Assembly (NCBI GenBank): GCA_021819825.1
Contig: JAKAEZ010000004.1
Coordinates: 34,756 to 98,755 of the forward strand
Origin: Planctomycetota bacterium
GTDB lineage: Bacteria > Planctomycetota > Phycisphaerae > WQYP01
Length of the DNA: 64,000 nt
Direction: 5' to 3'
In this document: positions 26,547-37,611 of the stretch, piece after piece
Layout of the letters: each line of letters opens with the position of its first letter
Position numbering within the stretch: the stretch's first letter is position 1
Notes under the pieces: model-generated
Databases searched by the model: none
Told to the model about the DNA's origin: nothing
What the model saw: only the letters and a program-made list of their open reading frames with translations
Program-made: the position numbers and the translations under genes

Positions 26547-28118
26547 TCAGGCTCCCAAATTTTGTAAATATTCGACCACCAGTCGCACACCGAAACCACT
26601 GGCATGATCGCCAATCCACCAGCGATCGTCTTTTTTGGGGTGCGCTACGCCGGCAATATCCAGATGGGCCCAGGGCACACCATCGGCCACAAATTCACTT
26701 AGAAACATACCGCCCTGTATGGGATGGGCTTCTCGTGCGCCACTGTTGACCATATCCGCATGAGGACTATCCAGCAGCTTCCGATATGCCTGATCCAAGG
26801 GCAGCCGCCACAGACGTTCTCCCGTGCTATTACCCGCGGCAATCAGTTGTGCGGCCAATTCGTCCTCCCCGGCCATCAACCCCGCAAATACAGAACCCAA
26901 TGCAACAACCACACCGCCGGTAAGCGTGGACATTTCAATAAGCGCGCCAGGCTTGTATTTTTCACAGGCATAGGCGATGGCATCCGCAAGAATCAGCCGC
27001 CCTTCGGCATCGGTGTTGGTGACATCCACGGTTTTACCATTGTACATGTGCAGGATGTCGCCAGGGCGGTAAGCCTGGGAATCCAGTGTATTTTCCGCAG
27101 TGGGAATAAGGCCGACAACGTGGTGCGGCAATTGCAATTGTGCCGCCGCCTGCATAATACCCAGCACCGCCATGCCGCCACATTTATCATACTTCATATT
27201 CCCCATATCCGCCGCGGGTTTAATGGATATGCCGCCGGTATCAAATGTTACAGCCTTTCCCACCACCGCCACGGCTTTTCCGGCATTGCGTTTTAAACCG
27301 CGCGGCAGATATTCCAAAATCAGCAGTGCGGGCGGCGACGCACTACCGGCACCGACGGCGCATAACCCCCCCATACCCATTTTCTGCGCCGTCTTGGCAT
27401 CAATTACTGAAAATTTCAGTTTATTGGCGGCCGCGATATTGCGGGCAATGCCGGTAAGGGTACTGGGCGTAAGGACATTACCGGGTTGGCAAGCCACCGT
27501 ACGCGCCAGATTAGTGGCCGCAGTTATCACGGATTTTTCCGCCAAGACACGTTGCACAGTTTTCACGGAATTTTGATCCGGGCAGCAGATCGAAAGCGTT
27601 AGCGGCCTGGATTTGCCAGCCTCTTCTTGTAGCGACGGCGATTTTTTTTCGGATTTATACGCTGTAAATCTAAAATCCCCCAAAGAGACCCCCTCCGCGA
27701 AGGCTCCGGCCAAGATAGGCCAATGCGTAAGCTCAAGTCCGGCGGGATGAAACGTCACCGAGTTAATTTTAATTTTACGCAAATGGCGAGCCAACAGCGA
27801 TCCGGCCCAGCGAATCTGGTCAGCATTAATTTTCTCTAGTTTACCCACACCGAGAAGAATCAAGCGCTCCGCCGAACCAATGCCGTTGGCCTGCATAAGC
27901 GTTCCAACCTTACCGTCAAAGCCATGAAGTTCGATGGCCTTGCTGATCGCGGCGGCGATGTCCGGGGGAAAACCGTCCGAGGCAAAGCGATCCTTGGAAG
28001 ATTCAACAATTGGAATAACCAGTGCGGCACATTTCCATTCGGCCCGCGACAGAACATGAAATACGGGCGGCTTTCCAGGAGAAACGGTAACGCTTTCCAA
28101 ACGCCGGGAGTTTGCCAT
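26547..28118 (-). CDS. pepA: Leucyl aminopeptidase (M17 family)
   Basis: VGKAVTFDTGGISIKP and NTDAEGRLILADA motifs. The ATG at 28118 is preceded by AAGGA; the track start is 28181. Confidence 0.92.
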   Translation of the reverse strand: MANSRRLESVTVSPGKPPVFHVLSRAEWKCAALVIPIVESSKDRFASDGFPPDIAAAISKAIELHGFDGKVGTLMQANGIGSAERLILLGVGKLEKINADQIRWAGSLLARHLRKIKINSVTFHPAGLELTHWPILAGAFAEGVSLGDFRFTAYKSEKKSPSLQEEAGKSRPLTLSICCPDQNSVKTVQRVLAEKSVITAATNLARTVACQPGNVLTPSTLTGIARNIAAANKLKFSVIDAKTAQKMGMGGLCAVGAGSASPPALLILEYLPRGLKRNAGKAVAVVGKAVTFDTGGISIKPAADMGNMKYDKCGGMAVLGIMQAAAQLQLPHHVVGLIPTAENTLDSQAYRPGDILHMYNGKTVDVTNTDAEGRLILADAIAYACEKYKPGALIEMSTLTGGVVVALGSVFAGLMAGEDELAAQLIAAGNSTGERLWRLPLDQAYRKLLDSPHADMVNSGAREAHPIQGGMFLSEFVADGVPWAHLDIAGVAHPKKDDRWWIGDHASGFGVRLVVEYLQNLGA

Positions 28119-28190
28119 GATGTTTTTCCTTATCATTAAAATTTTGGAACGATCTATTAAAAGTTTCACTCTAAACAACATACGCTCAAT

Positions 28191-29636
28191 TTATGGCTTG
28201 GATGATGGCTTGGAGCCCCCCGCTGAAAACGAATTGGTCGGCTCGCCGGGCCAGATTACGCTGGATCGCTGAGGCACCGCCTTTGCGGGAAATAGCTGTT
28301 GGGCGTACCAATGGATAATCGGGTTGCCGATAAACAGGGTTAAAATAGCCGCCATGCTAAGCCAGGGGCCATAAGGCAAAATATTGGGTTTCCCCTGAAA
28401 TTTAAGCACTACCGCCCAAACCAAACCCAAAATCGGTGCCAGAAAAAATACGACAATCACCGCCGGCACACCAACCACCGCCCCGATGGCCGCCATTAAT
28501 GGAGCATCCGCCGCCCCCATGGCCACGCGCCCCACAACCAGCGTTCCAATAATTCTGATCACCCAAATCATCCCCCCACCCACCAGCAATCCTAATAAAA
28601 CTCCCAATAACCTTTCCAGCCACGGCAACGCCGGTAGAGCAATGGGAACCGCGGCAGCTAGAATTGCCAGGCACAGCGGCGGCAGAAGAAATAAAATTTC
28701 TTTGCTGATTTCCCACCGGGCATTTACATCGGCGGATTCATCCAGCACCAGTTGTGAATCATCCGGTGCCAACATTGGCCTTGGCAGGATGCCGATAAGA
28801 AATGCCAATATTCCGCCAATCATCGTTGCCAGCGCGGCCGTTGTCGCTGAGCACAGCACCCACGCCAGAAAAACAATCACGGCGATGATGAAACCGGCGG
28901 CGATCTGCGGCCAAGATTTTTGCAACGTCGGCGGGGGAATCAGCGGCAAAGCAACGTTATCAACATGATCCGCTGCGGCGTGTGGTGTGGCAAAACTGCG
29001 CGGCAGAATTTTAAGATAGATCAGGGCGTTGGATAGCAGCAGTCCTACCGTGCCGCCAAACGCCAATTTTCCCCCAATGGATGCGGGCACTACTGACGGC
29101 AACATTTTTGGCGCGCCAAAAACGCAGGATGCCAAAGCCACAGCCATGATCAGATACGGTATTCGCAGCGGAATGATAAAAAAATCAGCATCAATAGCCG
29201 AGGCTGCCAGGAGACCGGAAACAAATATCAGATATAAAACCATCGCGACAACGCCACCGCTGAAATCCGGTGTGGGGCTGTTGTTCCAGTGGGCGTCAAA
29301 AAATCCAAGATAAAGTGCCAGATAAATCAGACCCGTGCCCAGTTCCACCAGCGGATACCGCGCAGAAATCGGCGCTTGGCACGAACCGCATTTTCCCCGC
29401 AGCATCAGCCAGCCTAACACCGGAATATTGCGATACCATGGAATGGCATTATGACACATCGGGCAGTGGGAGGGCGGCCAGCTCAAGGTCAACGGAGCGG
29501 TGCGGTTCTTAAATGCGACAATCGTTCCCAGCGCGGGCAGGCGCCAAATCACTACATTGAGAAAACTGCCGACACAGCATCCCAGAAAAAACAGAAAACC
29601 GGACATGAGCCAAAGTGGAAATTCCATGTCCCGCAT
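28191..29636 (-). CDS. Type IV prepilin peptidase / N-methyltransferase (A24 family) with a long internal hydrophobic insertion
   Basis: GCCVGSFLNVVIWRLP, the Cys box CPMCHNAIPWYRNIPVLGWLMLRGKCGSCQAPISARYPLVEL, a first catalytic Asp in AIDADFFIIP and a second in MGAADAPLMAAIG. Confidence 0.85.
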   Translation of the reverse strand: MRDMEFPLWLMSGFLFFLGCCVGSFLNVVIWRLPALGTIVAFKNRTAPLTLSWPPSHCPMCHNAIPWYRNIPVLGWLMLRGKCGSCQAPISARYPLVELGTGLIYLALYLGFFDAHWNNSPTPDFSGGVVAMVLYLIFVSGLLAASAIDADFFIIPLRIPYLIMAVALASCVFGAPKMLPSVVPASIGGKLAFGGTVGLLLSNALIYLKILPRSFATPHAAADHVDNVALPLIPPPTLQKSWPQIAAGFIIAVIVFLAWVLCSATTAALATMIGGILAFLIGILPRPMLAPDDSQLVLDESADVNARWEISKEILFLLPPLCLAILAAAVPIALPALPWLERLLGVLLGLLVGGGMIWVIRIIGTLVVGRVAMGAADAPLMAAIGAVVGVPAVIVVFFLAPILGLVWAVVLKFQGKPNILPYGPWLSMAAILTLFIGNPIIHWYAQQLFPAKAVPQRSSVIWPGEPTNSFSAGGSKPSSKP

Positions 29637-29675
29637 TATGCCGTCAAGTCTGAAAATCAGCCAGCACTTGGCCGG

Positions 29676-30455
29676 TTACCACCATGATATTTTACGTCTG
29701 CGCATCATCGGGAGCAGCGCCAATGCGGGCAATGCTAAAAGCATCCAGGCCGCGGGTTCCGGCACGACCGTTGCCGTGCCGATGAGAGTTCCACTGCTGA
29801 ATTCAAATAAATCGCCGGAACCGCCGATGGGAACCGCAAAGTCCAACTGCGATGGCGTCACCGCAGCATTCGCCGTGCCCGCTTCGTTAATGTTAAATTG
29901 CTGGGCCAGGGACAATCCGCTGATAATATCACCCTCCGCATTTGCCGCCGTCAACGTCGGTGCCAAGCTGCCGCCCACGCTATTGGCTACCTGCTGCAGC
30001 AGCGCCAGATCACCCGGACTGGTGCTCAGCAGGGAAGAAAATGATACCCCATTGGCTGCCGAGTAATTATTGGGGTTAATCACTACCGCCAAGTCTGAGC
30101 TACCGATAGAACCGATAATGGAGTAGTAGCTGGGTTCAGCCGTTAGTGAAAGTAAATCCAAGCCGAAGTTCACCGTACCGGTTGTCGGTGCCGCATCGGA
30201 CAATGACAAACTGCTCCCCATGGAAACCGCACCGACATTTGCCGTACCGGCTGCAATCGGCTGAATAAGAACCAGATAGGGGTCACTAAGAGTAATCGGC
30301 GTGGAGGAGTTGGAAGTGATACTGTACGAAACACTGCCGCCGGGTTGCAGCGCCTGCGATGTACCCGCATCAAGGATCAAGCCTGACACAGCGGCCCCGA
30401 CCGCAATTAACGCCACGTGTGAAAATTTTAAACTTCGCATGATCGAACTCCTCAA
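29676..30455 (-). CDS. PEP-CTERM sorting-signal secreted protein
   Basis: Signal peptide, a Ser/Gly/Thr-rich body, and the C-terminus VVPEPAAWMLLALPALALLPMMRRRK. Confidence 0.8.
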   Translation of the reverse strand: MRSSIMRSLKFSHVALIAVGAAVSGLILDAGTSQALQPGGSVSYSITSNSSTPITLSDPYLVLIQPIAAGTANVGAVSMGSSLSLSDAAPTTGTVNFGLDLLSLTAEPSYYSIIGSIGSSDLAVVINPNNYSAANGVSFSSLLSTSPGDLALLQQVANSVGGSLAPTLTAANAEGDIISGLSLAQQFNINEAGTANAAVTPSQLDFAVPIGGSGDLFEFSSGTLIGTATVVPEPAAWMLLALPALALLPMMRRRKISWW

Positions 30456-30493
30456 AAAATCCCTTGACCATTTATCACATTAACTGAGAGCCA

Positions 30494-31639
30494 TCATACC
30501 GACACTGCCATGCGTTTGCCATTGCTTGCTTTCGCCTTTGTTTTGCCGGTTTCGCTGGCGGATTTCACCTTTTCAACCTTGGTCGGAGCCAACCCGGCAC
30601 CGCGGTTCAGAGCGTCAATGCGGCCCGCAAAATCCATGGCTTTGCGGTTCTTCCAACCTTTTTTATGGTAGGCATAGCCCGCGATTAAGGGGAAGGCCAA
30701 CGTAGCTTCGCTATACACCATCTGTTCATAAACAATATCCACCTTGCCCCAACTGCTGGCCTCACGCAACGTGGAGCTGGATAACGCCCCGTCGCGAACA
30801 TCCGCCACGGTTATTTGAATGGCATATTTGTGCATGGGGGCATCGGCACCAAGTATTTCCGCCGCCACGACAATATCCTGCGTGAAGTTTTTCGGTACAC
30901 CGCCGCCGATCATGAATATACCGGTTTCCCGGTTCATGAGTTTGATCTGCGTAAGTTCCCGGAAATCTTTTACCGAGTCTATGCTGACGTGGCTGTCCGG
31001 GCGATTAATCTGGTGTACCACCAGACCAAAGCCGGCTGAACAATCGGAAAATGCCGGGCAGAAAATGGGCACGCCCTTCTCGTGGGCGGTAAGAATAATG
31101 CTGTCACGATTTTTCGCGTTCTTAGTCAGGTAGCGCCCCATGGCGGCAATAAATTCACGGCTGCTGCACGGACCGGGCGGTAACGAATCGGCAATGAGGC
31201 GTGTGGTGTCATCGCAAATACGCAATTCATCTTCATCAATGTAGGTATCATAAATGCGGTCAATGTGCAGGTCTCTTAGTACCGTGTCATCGGCATATTG
31301 TGAGCCAAGATAATGATGAAATCCTAACGCCTCGAAAAAATCCTGATCCACGATATTGGCACCGGTGGAAACAATGGCATCAACCATGTTATTGCGAAGC
31401 ATATCGACGATCACTTTTTTCAGGCCCGCGGAAATCAGTGATCCGGCCAAAGTCAGAATCACCGCGCACTGCGTATCGCGCAACATGCGATCATAAATGT
31501 CCGCAGCGCGGTACAGATCACGCGAGGTAAAGGCCATGGACTTCATGGATTCCACCAGCGGCAAAATACCCGGCTGCGCGGTGATATCAATATGATTAAC
31601 CGTCTGCTTGAGCAGATCCTTACGATTGACTTTAGCCAT
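30494..31639 (-). CDS. Deoxyhypusine synthase-like (homospermidine-synthase-like) protein
   Basis: DHS family motifs: TGANIVDQD, MIGGGVPKNF and LREASSWGKV. Confidence 0.85.
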   Translation of the reverse strand: MAKVNRKDLLKQTVNHIDITAQPGILPLVESMKSMAFTSRDLYRAADIYDRMLRDTQCAVILTLAGSLISAGLKKVIVDMLRNNMVDAIVSTGANIVDQDFFEALGFHHYLGSQYADDTVLRDLHIDRIYDTYIDEDELRICDDTTRLIADSLPPGPCSSREFIAAMGRYLTKNAKNRDSIILTAHEKGVPIFCPAFSDCSAGFGLVVHQINRPDSHVSIDSVKDFRELTQIKLMNRETGIFMIGGGVPKNFTQDIVVAAEILGADAPMHKYAIQITVADVRDGALSSSTLREASSWGKVDIVYEQMVYSEATLAFPLIAGYAYHKKGWKNRKAMDFAGRIDALNRGAGLAPTKVEKVKSASETGKTKAKASNGKRMAVSV

Positions 31640-32116
31640 AATTGCGATCCTCTAATTGCCTGTACTTAGTTGAAAAAAATATCACACTCGAGTGTCAAAG
31701 GTGTTGTAAGAAAACTCGCTGTCCCATCCCCGCGGTGAAAAGTCGATTGGTTCCCACTGGGTTATATTGCACATTCCACCCGACGTTACCGGACAGAACT
31801 AAAGATACAAAATAAAAAGCCACCGCTTTTTCTGGAAAGTGGGCTCACTGCCATCTGTCCGTTGCCGCTATAACCCGGGCACTTTCAGCACAGCCGTGCT
31901 CCACTTAGCGGTCGCGTCAGGATCGGCATTAAACCCCAAAAACCAGTTTCATCTGGTCAGGGTCAGAACTCAATCTGACGACCCGGTGCCAGCGACCTGC
32001 GGTGGCTACGCTAATTAGTATAGCCACCGGCAATGGCAATGCAAGAGAAAAAATTCGTTTTTTTTGGACCCGACCAATGGGCCTTAAACGAACGCGGAAA
32101 ACCGTTGCTTGCCACC

Positions 32117-34156
32117 TCACCCCGGCTGTGGGACTGGTCCCACGCCCGGCCCGGCGATTTCCGCAGTAGCCGACGCTTCCCCGCCGCGGCGTTGCTGTTC
32201 CAGAGCCAAAATATCACCCACGGTCGGCTTGTTGAGCGCCTGCCCGGTCATGATGCGCTTCACATCTTCAAAATCAAGCGTTTCGTACTTAAGCATCGCC
32301 TCTTTCAGATTGGTTAATTCGGTTTTCTTTTCCACCAGAAGTTCGCGCGCTTCCACATACGCACTGCTGATCAAACGATGAACTTCACTATCAATAAGTT
32401 CCGCCGTTTTGTCGCTGTATTCGCGTGAGGCTTCGTACCACGGCACATTTTCATCGTGACCAAAACGTATCGGCCCCAGCGCATCACTCATGCCATAATT
32501 GCAGACCATCTCCCGGGCAATATTGCTGGCCATTTTTATGTCCATGCTGGCACCGCTGGAAATTTCGCCGATGTACAGTTCCTCCGCGATACGCCCCCCA
32601 AATAAAATCCGCAATTCCGCCAGTAAATACTTGCGACTGTAATAAAAGCGATCTTTCTCCGGCAACGAGAAAGTGGCACCACCATACGAACCGCGTGGAA
32701 TAATTGTTACCTTATGAATCGGATCCGCGCCGGGTGAAAAATATTGCACCACCGCATGACCGGCCTCATGCCAGGCCGTAAGCTGCCGTTCCTCTTCGTC
32801 CACCACACGGCTCTTGCGGGCTTTGCCAAAACGAATCTTATCACGAGCTTCCTCGAGATCGACCATTTCAATGGCTTCGCGATTCAACATGGTGGCGATC
32901 AGTGCCGATTCATTTATCATGGCCGCCAAATCCGCACCACTGAACATGGGCGTCTGCCGCGCCAGTCGCAACATATCCACATCCGGCCCGAGCTTCACTT
33001 TACGGGCATGAACTTTCAGAATTTCATAGCGGCCCTTGATATCCGGCAAAGGCACAATGACTTGCCGATCAAACCGGCCCGGACGCGTCAACGCCGGATC
33101 CAGCACATCCGAACGATTGGTGGCCGCCACCACAATAACCTGATCATTGGTATCAAAACCATCCATCTCCACGAGAATGGCGTTGAGCGTCTGCTCGCGC
33201 TCATCATGGCCGCCGCTGGAAAAGCCGTTGCCGCGCCGCCGCCCGACCGCATCAATTTCATCAAGAAATACAATACATGGCGAACTTTCCTTGGCGGTGC
33301 GGAATAAATCCCGCACCCGCGAAGCACCCACGCCGACAAACATTTCCACAAAATCCGAACCACTGATGGAGAAAAATGGCGCTTCGGCTTCGCCGGCAAT
33401 CGCCTTGGCCAGCAATGTTTTGCCCACGCCCGGAGGTCCCACCAGCAAAACACCGCGCGGAATTCTTCCACCCAATCGCTGAAATTTTTTCGGATTTTTC
33501 AAAAAGTCAACAATTTCAGCCAGTTCTTCCTTGGCCTCATCAATTCCCGCCACATCACTGAACGTAATATTGGTAAGCTCTTTGGACATCATCCGATGGC
33601 GCGATCGGCCAAAATTCCCCAACATGCTCATACCGCCGCCGGCGGAACGGAACTGGCGCGACACCAGAAAATAAACAACCGCAAACACCAGAATAAACGG
33701 CAGATAATCCACAAGGAAAATATTCAGAAAGTCATTGGACTTTTTGTAATTTAAATCCGGTACGTCGTATTGATGCGATTGAGCTTCCAGAATAGCCCAA
33801 CCGTTGCCATCCAATGCCGTGCGTGGAATATTGGTTTTTTCACGTAAAGAACTGCCGACCGGCGACCCCGGGGCAATCTGCTTGAGTTCGAAATTAATCT
33901 GGCCGTCGCTGTAAACAATCAGCTTTTTAATATTTTTGTGCCGTAGCGCGCTGTAGAAGGTCCCGGAATCGACTTTTCGCGATCCACCCGGATGCTGCAT
34001 GAGAATCAACGCAAACACGACAAGACACAATATAACCAGCCAGCCCAGCATGCTGCGGCTGAATCTGAAATTATTGTTATCCCGGCCGGGCCTGTTGTTA
34101 CCTGAGCCACCTTCCCGTGAAGGGCCTCTTGAAGGGTCTTGCTGCGAGTCCGCCAT
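32117..34156 (-). CDS. ftsH: ATP-dependent zinc metalloprotease FtsH
   Basis: [18 protein letters not shown] (Walker A), the SRH region and the HEAGHA zinc site. There is an N-terminal TM segment. Confidence 0.95.
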   Translation of the reverse strand: MADSQQDPSRGPSREGGSGNNRPGRDNNNFRFSRSMLGWLVILCLVVFALILMQHPGGSRKVDSGTFYSALRHKNIKKLIVYSDGQINFELKQIAPGSPVGSSLREKTNIPRTALDGNGWAILEAQSHQYDVPDLNYKKSNDFLNIFLVDYLPFILVFAVVYFLVSRQFRSAGGGMSMLGNFGRSRHRMMSKELTNITFSDVAGIDEAKEELAEIVDFLKNPKKFQRLGGRIPRGVLLVGPPGVGKTLLAKAIAGEAEAPFFSISGSDFVEMFVGVGASRVRDLFRTAKESSPCIVFLDEIDAVGRRRGNGFSSGGHDEREQTLNAILVEMDGFDTNDQVIVVAATNRSDVLDPALTRPGRFDRQVIVPLPDIKGRYEILKVHARKVKLGPDVDMLRLARQTPMFSGADLAAMINESALIATMLNREAIEMVDLEEARDKIRFGKARKSRVVDEEERQLTAWHEAGHAVVQYFSPGADPIHKVTIIPRGSYGGATFSLPEKDRFYYSRKYLLAELRILFGGRIAEELYIGEISSGASMDIKMASNIAREMVCNYGMSDALGPIRFGHDENVPWYEASREYSDKTAELIDSEVHRLISSAYVEARELLVEKKTELTNLKEAMLKYETLDFEDVKRIMTGQALNKPTVGDILALEQQRRGGEASATAEIAGPGVGPVPQPG

Positions 34157-34453
34157 GAAATTTCCTCATAATAGGGCGACCGGTGGAATCATCCCGCCGG
34201 AAGCGCCGTTCCAGACCATTATAGTCGGTATTGGCATGAAAATGGAACAGATAACGTGATAAAAACGGACGTATGTGCTTTTAAGCCCGGAAATTCTTCC
34301 GGGAAGGAGCAAAATTCTGAAAGTTTTGGGGCCGCATTTTTCGCAAGTATCACTGGTTCAGACGCCACGATATTCAGATGATAATGGGTCATGCCGCCAT
34401 TTTTCCGTCAAAAAACTGACCGTCTGATCCAAACTTCCCACACCCCGGATGGA

Positions 34454-37258
34454 TTACAAGGAGGCCTCCACGAGCTGCGGCGATCCTGCGCCGACATGGC
34501 CCCTGTGGGCTTGAAGCCTGCATAACGTGTGCAGCAAAGTTAGCGTTTTCCGATCCATATCCGCCATGACCGCATCGGGCAATGATCCGGAATCACAAAG
34601 CAACCGGTTGGCTTTGGCATACGCACGGTGCCACGCGGCATCGTGCTTTAAGGCTTTGTCCATAAACACCGCGGGGCACGACAGCGCCCGCAGTGATTTT
34701 TCCAGTGTACCGCTTGAGTCAGATCGGTGTGTCGGGTTGGCGCGCCGCGCGCCACGTGTGGTGTCACCGCGCATCACGTCGGGATCTTCATAGTTTGTAT
34801 TGGGCTTAAGCACGCGAAGGTCCGCAAGCAAGCGAAGGTGAGGCAACATATTGGGAAGAGCTTTATCCAGCATCGGGAAGGTTCCCGCCTGCGTCCAAAG
34901 GGACGGAGCTTTCCAGTTTGCCAGCCAGTTTAACATTTCCTCCGGCGGCATGGGCTTGGCGATGGCATACCCCTGAGCTGTGGTGCCCAGGCCGCTGGCC
35001 AGAAGAATTAATCCAAGTTCCGGGCTTTCCACACCTTCCGCCACCAACTCCCGATGCGTAATGCGACAGAATTCCGACAGCGACGTGATGATGGCGTGGT
35101 TTTCATAGCGCGCCCACATGCCACGCACAAACCGCTGATCGATTTTTACCGCATAACACTCAATTCGCTCCAGGTGCACCAGTGACGACGCGCCCGTGCC
35201 GAAATCATCCAACAGCACCGGCAAACCTAATTTGCGGGCACCGGTGAGAAAATCGTCCAGATCATTGAGATCACGTTCGGCGGCACTTTCCAGAATTTCC
35301 AGGTGTAACCGGCCCCGCGCCTGCGGGTATTGCTCCAGCAAACCTTCCAGGAATACCAGGCTCTTGTGATCACGAAGAAATATCGGGGCCAGATTAACCG
35401 ATACGGGGACAGCCAGCGGCGTGCCGTGCCACTTCTGAATCTGGGCGCAAGCCTGCGTCAGTACGCGTCGATCAAAGGTTAATAGATGATGCGTGCCTTC
35501 AATGGCCGAGAGGAATTCCGCGGGATTCAGTATCTTGCCGTCGCGCTTGACGCGTGACAAAGCTTCCATGCCGCGCAATTTCCCGGTGCGTAAATCCACC
35601 ATGGGCTGGAAATAGAGAATCGGATCCTGATCCTTGAGATAATTAACCAGAAATTCGCGCACTTCCTCCTTGCGGCGCATTTCGCTTTCCATGGTGTGAT
35701 TAAAGAAATTGTACCGGTCTTTACCCGCACCCTTGGCTTCATAAAGCGCTATATCCGCGTGGCGCAACAGGTCCTGCGGCGTGGCCTCATCCATGGGAAA
35801 TAGTGTCAGCCCCAGGCTGCCGCTGATGCCCGTATGCGTCTGACCGCCGATGACAAAGGGCCTGTGAATTTCCGCTAAAAGCCGATCAATAATCGGCAGG
35901 ACAACCGAGTCACATTCCAACCCGGGAAGAATAATCAGAAATTCATCGCCTCCCAGCCGCGCCAGCGTATCGCTGTCACGGATACACGGTCGCAGCCGTT
36001 CCGCAACAGTTTGCAGCAGCACATCGCCGGCCCCGTGGCCGTACAAATCATTAATCTGTTTAAAGCCGTCAAGATCGAGAATTCCTACCGCCATCAAACG
36101 TTGCCGCCGCCGGGCGTCGGCCGCCCCCTGTGCCAGGCGATCCAGCGCTAACTCCCGGTTGGGAAGTCCTGTGAGCATATCATGCGTTGCCTGGTGGGAA
36201 ATTTGCCGCTGTTCATCGCGCCGCTTTAAGCCGAAAGCAATATCTTCCGCGAAGCGCGTCAACAAATCGCGTTCGCGCGGGCCAAAAGCCATACAATGGT
36301 CTTCATACAGCACCAGAACCGCTTCCACGCGCCCGGCGATCCGCACCGGAACCGCCGCCAAAGATTGCAGGCCGTATTTGCCGGCAGCGTCGCGCCAAGG
36401 TGCCATGCGACTATCGGTAATAAAATCATTCACGACAACCAGTTCGCCGCGACGCCAAGCTTCCGCCGCGGGGCTGCGTCCGGTTTCATCGCGCCGATCC
36501 GCGGAAATTGGGGCCTGCCCCAGTGATTCGGCAACAAATTCGCTGGCACGTCCGGCATAGGCCATCGGTTCAATCACGTCGCCTCGGCGTGCTCCCACCC
36601 ACGCCAGCGGGAAGCCGCCTTGCTGGGTTGCCGCCGTACAAAAGGCCGCAAAGAAACCTTCATGCCCACCAATGACAGCGCGCTGCACGGCAGCTAAAGC
36701 GTCATACAGGCGGGTCATACGTTTGGCCTGCTTCTGGGCCTCACCGCTTTCCATGGCCAAAGCCAACATTTTGGCCAGCAGCCGCAGCCCCTGCCGTGGC
36801 CAGCCAATCGGTGCCCTTTTTTGTGGCTGGTTCCATTCAATCGCCAGGATTCCCCGGTTACTGGCTTTTCTTCCGTGCAGCGGCGTATACCAAAGTGATC
36901 GAGTACCGGCGGCAATGAGTTCGGGAAGCGCATCGGCCTGGGCCGCATAATCCCGAATAAACGACTCAAGATTTTCCGCGGGACTTAACATTGGAACCGC
37001 ATGTTGCATGGGCATGCGAACATGCATGAGTTTTCCCTGCGAGCTTTGCGGTAAGCCATAAAAATGCGAATAGCGCCACCAGCCGTCTGTATCCATGGTG
37101 GCTAATGCCGCCCCACGCGCACCGGCCGTCCATGCCGCAAGCTGTAATCCCGACGAAACAAACTTTTCCGGCTCCGTGGGCAAACGCCGCACTTTTTTCC
37201 AGAATCGCGGATAACTTACTATTTCATCAGGCATTTCATTACCGCCGCAGGGCCGCAA
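34454..37258 (-). CDS. Multidomain c-di-GMP signalling protein (GAF-type sensor regions + GGDEF + EAL + ~190-aa C-terminal extension)
   Basis: GGDEF motif LARLGGDEFLIIL. EAL-domain motifs MEALSRV and LLDDFGTGASSL. Confidence 0.85.
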   Translation of the reverse strand: MRPCGGNEMPDEIVSYPRFWKKVRRLPTEPEKFVSSGLQLAAWTAGARGAALATMDTDGWWRYSHFYGLPQSSQGKLMHVRMPMQHAVPMLSPAENLESFIRDYAAQADALPELIAAGTRSLWYTPLHGRKASNRGILAIEWNQPQKRAPIGWPRQGLRLLAKMLALAMESGEAQKQAKRMTRLYDALAAVQRAVIGGHEGFFAAFCTAATQQGGFPLAWVGARRGDVIEPMAYAGRASEFVAESLGQAPISADRRDETGRSPAAEAWRRGELVVVNDFITDSRMAPWRDAAGKYGLQSLAAVPVRIAGRVEAVLVLYEDHCMAFGPRERDLLTRFAEDIAFGLKRRDEQRQISHQATHDMLTGLPNRELALDRLAQGAADARRRQRLMAVGILDLDGFKQINDLYGHGAGDVLLQTVAERLRPCIRDSDTLARLGGDEFLIILPGLECDSVVLPIIDRLLAEIHRPFVIGGQTHTGISGSLGLTLFPMDEATPQDLLRHADIALYEAKGAGKDRYNFFNHTMESEMRRKEEVREFLVNYLKDQDPILYFQPMVDLRTGKLRGMEALSRVKRDGKILNPAEFLSAIEGTHHLLTFDRRVLTQACAQIQKWHGTPLAVPVSVNLAPIFLRDHKSLVFLEGLLEQYPQARGRLHLEILESAAERDLNDLDDFLTGARKLGLPVLLDDFGTGASSLVHLERIECYAVKIDQRFVRGMWARYENHAIITSLSEFCRITHRELVAEGVESPELGLILLASGLGTTAQGYAIAKPMPPEEMLNWLANWKAPSLWTQAGTFPMLDKALPNMLPHLRLLADLRVLKPNTNYEDPDVMRGDTTRGARRANPTHRSDSSGTLEKSLRALSCPAVFMDKALKHDAAWHRAYAKANRLLCDSGSLPDAVMADMDRKTLTLLHTLCRLQAHRGHVGAGSPQLVEASL

Positions 37259-37434
37259 AATTACCCCGGAACATGTCCGGGCACTCGCTTGCCAGCTTAA
37301 GTTATCGGCTTAAACCGCGATTAATTTAAATAATTCGCCCATTTGGCCAAAATATCATGCCAACGCCGCAGCTTTCACGGCGCGGCCTCTAACAAATCCC
37401 AAACGGACCAAAAAGCGGCTTTACGAAAAACTTT

Positions 37435-37611
37435 GCCAAATGCCAAATACCAAATACCCTCGCTCGTCGTTCGTTGTGACATCGACGTTTCTGATCAGTG
37501 ATCGTTGACCAATGAAGTTCACCCCAGTTTCCCCGTCCCGCTGTAACCCGTAACCACCGCCGGAGGGCGGTTGTGCCGGGATGGCGAAATTGTTCATCAA
37601 GTGCAACCACA
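37435..37611 (-). repeat. Heptamer-array composite element, copy A
   Basis: Head GTTCATCAAGTGCAACCAC (37593-37611), hairpin CCGCCGGAGGGCGG, GTAACC units, TGATC units and CCAAAT[G/A] x3 (37437-37457). It is homologous to copies B-D. Confidence 0.7.

Noticed and set aside
31640-32116. Possible SRP RNA, RNase P RNA, tmRNA or 6S RNA in the DHS-ftsH gap.
   Set aside because: I checked by eye for the SRP domain IV GGAA tetraloop context, the RNase P GGAAAGUCCGG/ACAGAACCCGGCUUA boxes and a tmRNA tRNA-like 3' end, and found none. There is only a weak resemblance (GAAAGUGCCCGGGUUAUAGCGG on the minus strand).
32744-33307. Long antisense ORFs inside well-supported genes. Examples: 32744-33307 in ftsH, 26724-27296 in pepA, 5294-5785 in the beta-helix gene, 43971-44669, 47472-48152 and 48207-48626 in Rhs modules, 57297-57803 in ispF, 61339-61854 across the halogenase-like/nadD junction, and 54910-55377 in sppA.
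   Set aside because: Each lies opposite a gene with clear family motifs. Their translations are low-complexity or Arg/His-rich, as is typical of antisense frames in GC-rich coding DNA.
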